From Myxococcota bacterium (GTDB lineage Bacteria > Myxococcota_A > UBA9160 > SZUA-336): a stretch of DNA of 64,000 nucleotides. Positions within the stretch are counted from its first letter, which is position 1; each line of letters begins with the position of its first letter. The stretch covers positions 6,076 through 70,075 of the forward strand of contig JBBDXF010000019.1 of the NCBI GenBank assembly GCA_040902485.1. The letters are read 5' to 3'. A program made the translations under genes and the position numbers. Shown here piece by piece: positions 28,548-36,497 of this stretch. The notes beneath the pieces were generated by a model. The model had not been told where the DNA came from, searched no databases, and saw nothing but the letters and a program-made list of their open reading frames with translations.

Positions 28548-29336
28548 CTAGTCGAGCGCTGCACGCAGGCGCAGGATACGCGCGCCCTTCCCGTACGGCT
28601 GCGCATCCGTGATCGCGCGCGCGACCCAGGCCTTCGCGCCGCGCACGGCGTCGAGTAGCTTCGTCCCGCGCGCGAGCCGCGCGGCGATCGCCGCCGACAG
28701 CGCGCAGCCCGTGCCGTGCACCGGCAAGCCCGCGATCCGACCGCCGCGAAGCCACGCGACACCGTCCGGCGTCAGGAGCAAGTCGTCGGCCGGACCGTCG
28801 GCGTGACCGCCCTTCACCAGCACCGCGCGCGCCCCCGCCTCGAGCAGGACCGCAGCCGCGCGCTCGGGATCGCGCTCGCCCGTGAGCGCCTCGGCCTCGG
28901 GCAGGTTCGGCGTGACGAGCGCGGCGCCTGCGATCAGCCGCTCGACCAGGCCTCCCCACGCACGTCGCTCGAGCAGGTACGCGCCGTCGCTCGCGCGCAG
29001 CACCGGATCGACCACGCGCGGGATGTCGGCGTAGCCGCCGAGCGTGTTCGCCACGCGCAGCAGTACGTCGTCGGACGCGAGCATGCCGAGCTTGATCACG
29101 CCCGGCCGGATGTCCGCGAGCAACATCGCGAGCTGCTCGCCCACGACGTTCGGGAACACCGGCAGCGTGCGGTGCACGCCGGTCGTGGTCTGCACCGTGA
29201 GCGCCGTGGGCACCGCCATCCCGTGCACGCCGTGGTGCGCGAACACGGACAGGTCCATCTGCAGGCCGGCGCCGCCGGTCGGGTCGGAGCCGGCGATCGT
29301 GAGCGCGATCGGCTGCGCGGCGGATTCCGTCACCAC
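28548..29336 (-). CDS. thiD: Hydroxymethylpyrimidine/phosphomethylpyrimidine kinase
   Basis: ALTIAGSDPTGGAGLQMDL, IKLGML, VVDPV, VTPNLPEAEAL and VHGTGCALSAAIAA. The GTG start overlaps the upstream stop (GTGGTGA). Confidence 0.9.
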   Translation of the reverse strand: MVTESAAQPIALTIAGSDPTGGAGLQMDLSVFAHHGVHGMAVPTALTVQTTTGVHRTLPVFPNVVGEQLAMLLADIRPGVIKLGMLASDDVLLRVANTLGGYADIPRVVDPVLRASDGAYLLERRAWGGLVERLIAGAALVTPNLPEAEALTGERDPERAAAVLLEAGARAVLVKGGHADGPADDLLLTPDGVAWLRGGRIAGLPVHGTGCALSAAIAARLARGTKLLDAVRGAKAWVARAITDAQPYGKGARILRLRAALD

Positions 29337-30496
29337 TCCTTCGCGCCGGTCGGGAACACGGGCACGCCCGCGGGTGCCGACAGCTCGAACGAATCGATCT
29401 CGTTGCCCGAGAGGTCGTAGGCTCGCCACGCGAGCAGCCCCGGCGAAACGTCGAGGATCGCGAAGTGGTGGATCGATTCCGCGACCTCGATGAACGGCCA
29501 GCCCGGCAGGATCTGCACGGTGTCGAGCGCGCCGCCCGCGCCGCCCACGATCGTGTAGGTGACGCCGTTCTGCGCGCCGCGCTCGTAGCAGTGCGCGTGG
29601 CCGCTGATCACCAGGTCCACGCCATGCTGCTCGAGCAGCGGCACCCAGACGTTGCGCTGGTGCGGCTCGCCGTCGTAGCCGAGCTGGTCCCACAGATTGG
29701 TGTAGGGCGGGTGGTGGAACACGGCGACCCGGAACTCCGCGCTCTGCGAGGCCGGCGACGCGAGCTCGGTGGCGAGCCAGGCGTCCTGCGCGGCAGAGAT
29801 CCCGAACGAGGCGAGGAACAGGAAGCGCACGTTGCCGATCGTCTCGGCGTACCAGAGGCCGTTGTCGGGCAGCCAGTGGTAGGCCAGCGCCGGCGGGAAG
29901 TTCGCGTCGTGATTCCCGCGCGCGACCAGCACCGGCGTGCGCTGGCCCAGATTCTGGGCGCCGGCGAACGGATCGAAGTACTGCGTCTGCCATTCCGCGA
30001 GCACGCCGCCGTTCTGCACCGTGTCGCCAGCGTGGCCGATCACGTCCGGGGCGAACGGCACGATCTCCTCGAGCACGCCCTGGAAGCTCGTGCCCGCGCC
30101 ATTCTGATTGTCCGCGATCAGCGCCATGCGAAAACCCCCGCCGGCGGGCGGGGCGGTGCGCACCGGAAAGGTCGCGCTGGTCGTCGCGTTGCTGCGCACC
30201 CGGTACACGTACGCGGTGTCGGCGGCCAGCCCGGTCGCCAGCGCGCGGTGCACGAAGCGATCGGCGGCGAGCGCGATCGTCTGCGACGCGAGCACCGAGC
30301 TCTCGCTGGGGCTCGAGAGCCCGTAGTCGAGCGCGTGCACGGCTCCCACGGGATTCGCGTCGGTCTCCCACTGCACGCGCAACTCGTTCGTGCGAAAGCT
30401 CTGCAGCATGGGGAGTTTGGTGAGGTTCTGCGCCTGCGCTGCGCGCGCGAGCGGCAGGGCAATGAGCAGTAGCAGCAGCACAGCGAGCCGGGACAC
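29330..30496 (-). CDS. Secreted metallophosphoesterase (purple-acid-phosphatase-like)
   Basis: Signal peptide MSRLAVLLLLLIALPLARAAQA. Motifs HAGDTV, ARGNHD, FHHPPY and SGHAHCYER. N-terminal PAP-like beta domain. Confidence 0.8.
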   Translation of the reverse strand: MSRLAVLLLLLIALPLARAAQAQNLTKLPMLQSFRTNELRVQWETDANPVGAVHALDYGLSSPSESSVLASQTIALAADRFVHRALATGLAADTAYVYRVRSNATTSATFPVRTAPPAGGGFRMALIADNQNGAGTSFQGVLEEIVPFAPDVIGHAGDTVQNGGVLAEWQTQYFDPFAGAQNLGQRTPVLVARGNHDANFPPALAYHWLPDNGLWYAETIGNVRFLFLASFGISAAQDAWLATELASPASQSAEFRVAVFHHPPYTNLWDQLGYDGEPHQRNVWVPLLEQHGVDLVISGHAHCYERGAQNGVTYTIVGGAGGALDTVQILPGWPFIEVAESIHHFAILDVSPGLLAWRAYDLSGNEIDSFELSAPAGVPVFPTGAKEW

Positions 30497-30505
30497 GGCC
30501 CTATG

Positions 30506-30838
30506 CTACGCGTTCTTGCTCGGCGGCGGGGCCATCAGCACGAGCACCACGGCGCGCTCGCCCGAGTCGTTCACGAGCCCGTGCACTTCACCCGACGGCG
30601 CGAGCACCGCCTCGCCCGATTCGAGCGTGCGTTCCTCGTCGCCGACGCGCACGCGCGCGCGGCCCTGCGCCACCAGGTAGACCTTGTCGCAGCCGGTGTG
30701 CGCGTGCGGGGTCTGCGCCTGACCGGGCTCGAGGCAGTACAGATCGAGGAAGAAGCGCTCGGTCTGGAACAGTCCGACCTTCGAGAGCTTCTCCGGCGAG
30801 AACGAGAACGCCGACGCGTCCCAGCGCACGACCTTCAT
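30506..30838 (-). CDS. Cupin domain protein
   Basis: Cupin motifs PGQAQTPHAHTGCDKVYLVAQG and GEAVLAPSGEVHGLVN. Start ATG 30838 forms an ATGA overlap with the apbC stop. Confidence 0.75.
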   Translation of the reverse strand: MKVVRWDASAFSFSPEKLSKVGLFQTERFFLDLYCLEPGQAQTPHAHTGCDKVYLVAQGRARVRVGDEERTLESGEAVLAPSGEVHGLVNDSGERAVVLVLMAPPPSKNA

Positions 30839-31935
30839 CAGGGCGTGTTGACCCACTCGATGTTGCCGCCCAGAACCGGCGGCGCCTCGGCGGCGAGCAG
30901 CGAGAGCTTGCGCGCGACCAGGCCCGCGATCTCGCGGAACTCGCGCGCGGCCGGCGAGTCGGGTGACGACAGCACGGTCGGCTTGCCGGAGTCACCGGCT
31001 TCGACGATGTCGGGCTGCAGCGGCAGCCGGCCGATCACTTCGGTGTCGAGCTCCTTGGCGGCGCGCTCCGCTCCGCCCGAGCCGAACAGCGCGTGGCGCT
31101 TCGAGCAGCCGTCGCACACGAAGTAGCTCATGTTCTCGACGATCCCGAGCACCGGCACGTTCACGCGCCGGAACATCTGCAGGCCCTTGCGCGCGTCGAT
31201 CAGCGACATCTCCTGCGGCGTGGTCACGATCACCGCGCCCGCGAGCGGAGCGGTCTGGCAGATCGTGAGCGCCGCGTCGCCGGTGCCGGGCGGCAGGTCG
31301 AGCACGAGATAGTCGAGCTCGCCCCACTTCACGTCGGAGAGGAACTGCCGGATCACGCCGTGCACCATCGGCCCGCGCCAGATCACCGGCGCGTTCTCGC
31401 CGGCGAGGAAGCCGATCGACATCAAGCGCAGACCGTGACTTTGGAGCGGGACGATCTTCTTGTCCGTCGTCACCTGCGGGCGGCCACTGATGCCGAGCAT
31501 GAGCGGGATCGAGGGACCGTAGATGTCGCAATCGAGCAGGCCCACCTTCGCGCCCGACTCCGACAGCGCGACCGCCAGGTTCACGGCCACGGTCGACTTG
31601 CCGACGCCGCCCTTGCCGCTCGCGACCGCGATCACGTTCTTCACGCTCTCGAGACCCTCGGGCCGCGCGGTGTTGGTGGAGCCGCGCGTCTGCGAGGTCA
31701 TCGTCACGAGGACCTCGGTCACGCCCGGGAGCCGCAGGACCGCCGCACGGGCGTCGTCCTGGAACTTCTCCTTCACGGGGCAGGCGGGCGTGGTGAGCTC
31801 GATCGCGAACGACACGCGTCCGCCGTCGACGCGCACGTTCTTCACGAAGCCGAGATCGACGATCGAGCGCTTGAAGTCGGGGTCCTGGATCGGACGCAGC
31901 GCGTCGAGGATCTCGGATTCGGCTGGGGGTGCCAT
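30838..31935 (-). CDS. apbC: Fe-S cluster carrier ATPase, Mrp/ApbC/NBP35 family
   Basis: An internal ATG 31935 gives MAPPAESEILDALRPIQDPDFKRSIVDLGFV (a DUF59-like N-terminus). Deviant Walker A ASGKGGVGKST. CDGCSKRH metal-cluster motif. Confidence 0.92.
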   Translation of the reverse strand: MAPPAESEILDALRPIQDPDFKRSIVDLGFVKNVRVDGGRVSFAIELTTPACPVKEKFQDDARAAVLRLPGVTEVLVTMTSQTRGSTNTARPEGLESVKNVIAVASGKGGVGKSTVAVNLAVALSESGAKVGLLDCDIYGPSIPLMLGISGRPQVTTDKKIVPLQSHGLRLMSIGFLAGENAPVIWRGPMVHGVIRQFLSDVKWGELDYLVLDLPPGTGDAALTICQTAPLAGAVIVTTPQEMSLIDARKGLQMFRRVNVPVLGIVENMSYFVCDGCSKRHALFGSGGAERAAKELDTEVIGRLPLQPDIVEAGDSGKPTVLSSPDSPAAREFREIAGLVARKLSLLAAEAPPVLGGNIEWVNTP

Positions 31936-32036
31936 GTCGTACTCCCTGGCGGGCTGCACAGGTACCAAAGCATACTTGCACGTCAAGATTCCCTTCCTCC
32001 CGGCCGTATCGCTAGACTGGCGCGCGGGGGAAATGG

Positions 32037-32387
32037 ATGAGCACGAGCTCGTACGAGCGCATCTGGTCGGTCGTGCGCCGTATTCCACGCGGGCGCGTAG
32101 CGACCTACGGCCAGATCGCGCGCATCGCGGGCTTGCCTCGCCAGGCGCGCATGGTCGGCTACGCGCTGCACGCGCTCCCGGACGAGATTGCTGCGTCGGT
32201 GCCCTGGCAGCGCGTGATCAACGCGCAGGGTCGCATCTCGCTGCGCGCGTTCGCGGGCAGCGAGGCCGTGCAGCGCAAGCGGCTCGAGCGCGAGGGCGTG
32301 AAGTTCGACGCGAGGGCGCGCGTCGACCTCGAGCGCTTCGGCTGGCAGGCGAGCGGCGGGAAGCGCACCCGCTCGGGCAGCCGCTGA
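32037..32387 (+). CDS. Alkyltransferase-like (ATL) protein: an MGMT DNA-binding domain lacking the acceptor Cys
   Basis: RGRVATYGQIARIAGLPRQARMVGYAL...VPWQRVINAQGRISL. The canonical PCHRV active site is PWQRV here, as in YbaZ/Atl-type proteins. Confidence 0.8.
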   Translation: MSTSSYERIWSVVRRIPRGRVATYGQIARIAGLPRQARMVGYALHALPDEIAASVPWQRVINAQGRISLRAFAGSEAVQRKRLEREGVKFDARARVDLERFGWQASGGKRTRSGSR

Positions 32388-32388
32388 A

Positions 32389-32811
32389 GTGGCCGAACTC
32401 GTCGAACTCCAGGACCGGATGCTCGGACGACTGGCGCGCAGCCAGAAGCCGCTCGCGATCGTGGGAACGCTCCTGGCGCTGCTCGGCGCGACCTACGTCA
32501 CGTGGGGTGTGCTGCGTTTCGATCCGCGCGCGGATCCGCGCGTCGAGCCGGGCTTCGATTGGCCGGTCGCGCGACTCGCGTTCCTCTTCGACCGCGGTCA
32601 GGCGCGTCTCGAGCAGGCCGAGCCCGGTTCACCCGTCGAACAGTCGCTGCGCCGGGTGCTGTCGCGCAACATGCATTTCTCGACCGGCGTGATGGTGATG
32701 CTGCTGCGCATCTTTCTCGGTACGCTCGTGCTGGTTCTGGGCTTCGCGATCCTGACGGTCGTCGTCGAGCGCGCGCGTCTGATCGCGATGATCCGACACT
32801 TGCGAGAGTAG
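32389..32811 (+). CDS. Hypothetical membrane protein (2 predicted TM segments)
   Basis: GTG start 1 nt after the ATL stop. Hydrophobic segments are LAIVGTLLALLGATYVTWGVL and VMVMLLRIFLGTLVLVLGFAILTVVV. GC3-rich. Confidence 0.5.
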   Translation: MAELVELQDRMLGRLARSQKPLAIVGTLLALLGATYVTWGVLRFDPRADPRVEPGFDWPVARLAFLFDRGQARLEQAEPGSPVEQSLRRVLSRNMHFSTGVMVMLLRIFLGTLVLVLGFAILTVVVERARLIAMIRHLRE

Positions 32812-32824
32812 GGAGGCAGACGAG

Positions 32825-33841
32825 ATGGCGCGACGGCTCCGCTTCGGACTCTGGTACGACTTCCGCAATCCCCCGCAGTGGCGCCAGGATCCGGCGCGGC
32901 TCTACGCCGGAATCGTCGAGCAGTGCGTGCGCGCGGAGGCGCTCGGCTGGGACGACGTGTGGCTCTCCGAGCACCACTTCATCGACGATGGCTACACGCC
33001 GTCGATGCTGCCGCTCGCCTGCGCGATCGCCGCGCGCACGCGCACGATCCAGATCGGCACGAGCGTCCTGCTCCTGCCGCTGCACGATCCGCTGCGCGTG
33101 GCCGAGGACGCGGCCACCGTCGATGTGATGAGCGCGGGGCGCTTCCAGCTCGGCGTCGCGGGCGGCTATCGCAAGGGCGAGTTCACCGGCTTCGGCATCC
33201 CGGCGAGCGAGCGCGCCGCGCGCATGAACGAGGCGCTGCCGATCCTTCGTCGGCTGTTCGCCGGCGAACGCGTCAGCACCGCCGACGCGAAGTTCTACCG
33301 CTACACCGACGTGGATCTGCGCCCGCTGCCGGTGCAGAAGTCGATGAAGCTCTGGGTCGGCGGCTTCTCCGAGCCGGCGGTGCGCCGCGCGGCGCGGCTC
33401 GGCGACGCGTACATCTCGACGGGTCCGATCGCTCCGCTCGCCACGCTCTACCGCGACGAGCTGCGCCGGGCGGGCAAGGACCCGGACGCCCACGAGATCG
33501 CGGCCGGCATCACCTGGCTGCTGGTCTCGCGCGATCCCGAGAAGCGCTGGCGCGAGGCCGAGGCGCACTTCCTGTACCAGATCAATCTCTACGCGCAGTG
33601 GTTCGGCGAGGCCGGCATGCAGGTCGCGGCGGTCGCGAAGAGCCGCGCCGACCTCGCGACCCGCGGCGCGATGATCGTGTCGCCCGAGCAGGCCGTCGAC
33701 GCGATCCGCCGCTACGCCGCCGAGCAGCCGATCACGCGTTTCTACGGCTGGACGCTGCCGCCAGGGCTCCCGCCCGAATGGGCCGACGAGCACCTCGAGC
33801 TGTTCGCGCGCGAGGTCTTTCCGCACTGCCGCGTCGTGTAG
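32825..33841 (+). CDS. LLM-class (luciferase-like) flavin- or F420-dependent oxidoreductase
   Basis: RFGLWYDF..., GWDDVWLSEHHF and the QLGVAGGYRKGEF pattern of bacterial luciferase-like monooxygenases. Confidence 0.85.
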   Translation: MARRLRFGLWYDFRNPPQWRQDPARLYAGIVEQCVRAEALGWDDVWLSEHHFIDDGYTPSMLPLACAIAARTRTIQIGTSVLLLPLHDPLRVAEDAATVDVMSAGRFQLGVAGGYRKGEFTGFGIPASERAARMNEALPILRRLFAGERVSTADAKFYRYTDVDLRPLPVQKSMKLWVGGFSEPAVRRAARLGDAYISTGPIAPLATLYRDELRRAGKDPDAHEIAAGITWLLVSRDPEKRWREAEAHFLYQINLYAQWFGEAGMQVAAVAKSRADLATRGAMIVSPEQAVDAIRRYAAEQPITRFYGWTLPPGLPPEWADEHLELFAREVFPHCRVV

Positions 33842-33850
33842 CCTTCGCGC

Positions 33851-34357
33851 GTGGACGTCGACGCTCGGAATCGCGGAGCGCGCTTGCGCCTCTCCCGCCG
33901 GTTCGGTCTGCACGGACGCGCGCACGTCGACCGCACCGAGCTCGCGTTCCACTACGCGTCGCTCGTGGGGCTGCTCGGCTTCGAGCAGAGCTATCCGCAC
34001 GAGCTCTCGGGCGGCATGGTGAAGCGCGTCGAGCTCGCGCGCGCGCTGGTCGTGAAGCCCGAGATCCTGTTCATGGACGAGCCGTTCTCCGGTCTCGACG
34101 CGCTGATGAGCCTGCGCATGCGCAACGAGGTGATCCGAATCCTGGGCGAGGAGCGCCACACGATCGTCTCCATCACGCACGACGTCGAGGAGGCGATCCA
34201 CATGGCCGATCGCATCATCGTGCTCTCCCCGCGCCCGACGAAGGTGCAGGCGACCTTCGACGTCGCGATCCCGCACCCGCGAAGGCTCACCAGCCCGCAG
34301 GTGCAGGAGCTGCGCGTGCGGATCCTGCGCGAGCTCGGCGTCGATCGCTCGGAATAG
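33851..34357 (+). pseudogene. 5'-truncated ABC-transporter ATP-binding subunit (nitrate/sulfonate/taurine type) lacking Walker A and the Q-loop
   Basis: The ORF carries only the C-terminal two-thirds of an NBD: signature LSGGM, Walker B ILFMDEPFSGLD and H-loop ITHDVEEA. No GxxGxGKS/T occurs anywhere in-frame, and the first ~35 aa are Arg-rich non-homologous sequence. Confidence 0.6.
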
Positions 34358-34399
34358 CGGGCGCCGAACGATCCGCTTGAACTCCGATTGTTCACCTGA

Positions 34400-34409
34400 T
34401 AGTTAACTA
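34400..34409. promoter_or_regulatory. Perfect 10-bp AT-rich palindrome TAGTTAACTA upstream of the VOC...O-methyltransferase operon; candidate operator or promoter element
   Basis: Read directly from the sequence. It is the lowest-GC patch of the 34358-34444 intergenic region, and an ArsR-family regulator is encoded within the downstream operon. Confidence 0.3.
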
Positions 34410-34421
34410 CCTCGAGGGCCG

Positions 34422-34436
34422 CTCCAGGCCCTGGAG
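34422..34436 (+). promoter_or_regulatory. Inverted repeat CTCCAGG-C-CCTGGAG overlapping the Shine-Dalgarno sequence of the 34445 gene
   Basis: 7-bp perfect arms. The right arm contains GGAG of the SD (GGAGG, 34433-34437), 8 nt before ATG 34445. Confidence 0.25.
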
Positions 34437-34444
34437 GTACGACC

Positions 34445-34909
34445 ATGAAGCTCCCCCCGCCCGGCTGGCCGCGGCTGTCCGTCGCGGTGTTCTACGACGA
34501 TCCGCGCGCCGCGCTCGACTGGCTCGCGAAGGCCTTTGGCTTCGAAACACGGGTCTGCGTCACCCGTCCCGACGGATCGGTCGTGCACTCGGAGATGGAG
34601 GTGGGCGAAGGCGTGATCATGGTCGGCGGGCCCTCGGGCGATTCCGGCGGCACGAGCCCGCGCTCGCTCGGCGGCGCCAACACCCAGAGCACGATGATCT
34701 TCGTCGACGGCATCGACGCGCACTACGCGCGCGCGCGCGCCGCGGGCGCGACGATCGCGATGGAGCTCGCGGACAAGGCGTACGGGGATCGCGGCTACGG
34801 CGCGCGCGACCCGGAAGGCCACCTGTGGTGGTTCACGGAGCGGATCGATCAAGCGGCGTGGGACGCCTCGATCGCCGAGCACCGCGTGCCGAAGGCCGGC
34901 GCTGCGTGA
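34445..34909 (+). CDS. VOC family protein (glyoxalase/bleomycin-resistance/PhnB-like)
   Basis: FYDDPRAALDWLAKAFGFE...VVHSEMEVGEGVIMVG...YGDRGYGARDPEGHLWWF. Confidence 0.8.
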   Translation: MKLPPPGWPRLSVAVFYDDPRAALDWLAKAFGFETRVCVTRPDGSVVHSEMEVGEGVIMVGGPSGDSGGTSPRSLGGANTQSTMIFVDGIDAHYARARAAGATIAMELADKAYGDRGYGARDPEGHLWWFTERIDQAAWDASIAEHRVPKAGAA

Positions 34910-35289
34910 TCGTGCCGATGCTCGCCTACGCCGACGCGCCGGCGGCGCTCGAGTTCCTGTGCCGCGCGTTCGGCTTCGAGCCGCGCTTCCGCATGGACAT
35001 GCCCGACGGCACGATCGGCCACGCGGAGATCGCGCTGGGCAACGACCGCGTGATGCTCGCGAGCGTGTGGCGGGCGGGCGGACTCGCGAGCGCGTGTGAG
35101 CTGCCGGCGCTGCACTGCCAGATCTACTGCGAGGTCGACGACGTCGACGCGCACTTCGCGCAAGCGCGCGCCGAGGGGGCGACGATCGCGACGCCGCCCG
35201 CCGACGAGCACGACGGACGCCACTACCGGGCGCTCGACCCCGAGGGCCAGCGCTGGATCTTCGCCTCGCGCCGGACGCCGTCCGCATGA
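34906..35289 (+). CDS. VOC family protein (second paralogue)
   Basis: (V)IVPMLAYADAPAALEFLCRAFGFE...IGHAEIALGNDRVMLAS...RHYRALDPEGQRWIF. GTGA overlap with the upstream stop; the alternative is ATG 34918. Confidence 0.75.
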   Translation: MIVPMLAYADAPAALEFLCRAFGFEPRFRMDMPDGTIGHAEIALGNDRVMLASVWRAGGLASACELPALHCQIYCEVDDVDAHFAQARAEGATIATPPADEHDGRHYRALDPEGQRWIFASRRTPSA

Positions 35290-35666
35290 AGTGGGAGACG
35301 GTCGTGAAGCTCGGCCGCGAGCTGCCCGAGGTCGAGGAGGGCTTCTCGTACGGAACGCCCGCCCTCGAGGTTCGCGGCACGAAGCTGATCGCGCGCTTGA
35401 AGGAGGACGGCGAGACGCTGGTCTTCAGGCTCGAGGACGTCGACCTGCAGGAGATCCTGATCGAGACGCAGCCCGAGCTCTACTTCATCACCGACCACTA
35501 CCGCGGCTGGCCGGCGGTGCTGGCGCGGCTCACGCGGCTTCGCGCTCCCGAGTGTCGCGAACGGCTCGAGGCGGCCTGGCGCGAGCAGGCGCCCAGGACG
35601 CTCGTCCGGCGCTACGACGAGGCGCGCGCGGCGCCCAAGGGGAGGGCACGTGCCGGCCAGCGTTGA
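35286..35666 (+). CDS. MmcQ/YjbR-family (putative DNA-binding) protein
   Basis: ELPEVEEGFSYGTPALEVRGTKLIARL pattern. ATGA overlap with the upstream VOC gene. Confidence 0.62.
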   Translation: MKWETVVKLGRELPEVEEGFSYGTPALEVRGTKLIARLKEDGETLVFRLEDVDLQEILIETQPELYFITDHYRGWPAVLARLTRLRAPECRERLEAAWREQAPRTLVRRYDEARAAPKGRARAGQR

Positions 35667-35991
35667 CCGAACCCTGGCCGCGCTCGCCGATCCGACGCGC
35701 AGGCGCGTGGTCGACATGCTGCGCGGCGGTCCGCGCCGCGCCGGCGAGCTGTCCGAGGCCTTCCACATCAGTCCGCCGGCGCTCTCGCGACACCTGCGCG
35801 TGTTGCGCAGCACGGGGCTGGTGAGCGAGCAGCGGATCGAAGGCGACGCGCGCGTGCGCGTGTACCAGCTGCGCCGCGAGCGCTTCGGCGAGCTCTCGCG
35901 CTGGCTGGCCGAGGTCGAGTCGTTCTGGACCGATCAGCTGTCGAGCTTCCGCGCTCACGCAGAGCGCACGCGAGGGAGCAAGCGCTCGTGA
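35650..35991 (+). CDS. ArsR/SmtB-family transcriptional regulator
   Basis: LAALADPTRRRVVDMLRGGPRRAGELSEAFHISPPALSRHLRVLRSTGLV (winged HTH). Overlaps the upstream gene by 17 nt. Confidence 0.88.
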   Translation: MPASVDRTLAALADPTRRRVVDMLRGGPRRAGELSEAFHISPPALSRHLRVLRSTGLVSEQRIEGDARVRVYQLRRERFGELSRWLAEVESFWTDQLSSFRAHAERTRGSKRS

Positions 35992-36497
35992 TCTCCGACG
36001 ACAACGTCACCGTCTCCACGCGCCTCTCGGTCGACCCGTTGACCGCGTTCCAGGTGTTCACCGACGAGGTCGACGCCTGGTGGCGGGTGGGCCCGCGCTT
36101 CCGCACCGGCCACGACCGCAAGAGCGTGATGCGCTTCGAGCCGGGGGTCGGCGGCCGGTTGCTCGAGATCTTCGACGAGGCGCGCGACGACGCGTTCGAG
36201 CTCGGGCGCGTGCGGGTCTGGGAGCCCGGCGCGCGGCTGGTGTTCGACTTCCGCGCGCGCAACTTCGTGCCCGGTCAAATCACAGAAGTCGAGATCCGCT
36301 TCGAACCCGATGCCGGTGGCACGCGCGTCACCCTCGAGCACCGCGGCTGGGATCGCATCCCGCCCGAGCACCCGGCGCGCCACGGACTCAGCGGAGGCGC
36401 GTTCACGTCGATGATCGGTTTGTTCTGGGCCGATCTGCTCGTCTCGGCGCGCGCCCACGCGTCGAAGTCACACCCCCCACGCAAGGAGCCGTCATGA
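35988..36497 (+). CDS. SRPBCC (Aha1/START-like) domain protein
   Basis: STRLSVDPLTAFQVFTDEVDAWW...RVTLEHRGW. This is the usual partner of ArsR regulators. GTGA overlap with arsR. Confidence 0.78.
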   Translation: MISDDNVTVSTRLSVDPLTAFQVFTDEVDAWWRVGPRFRTGHDRKSVMRFEPGVGGRLLEIFDEARDDAFELGRVRVWEPGARLVFDFRARNFVPGQITEVEIRFEPDAGGTRVTLEHRGWDRIPPEHPARHGLSGGAFTSMIGLFWADLLVSARAHASKSHPPRKEPS

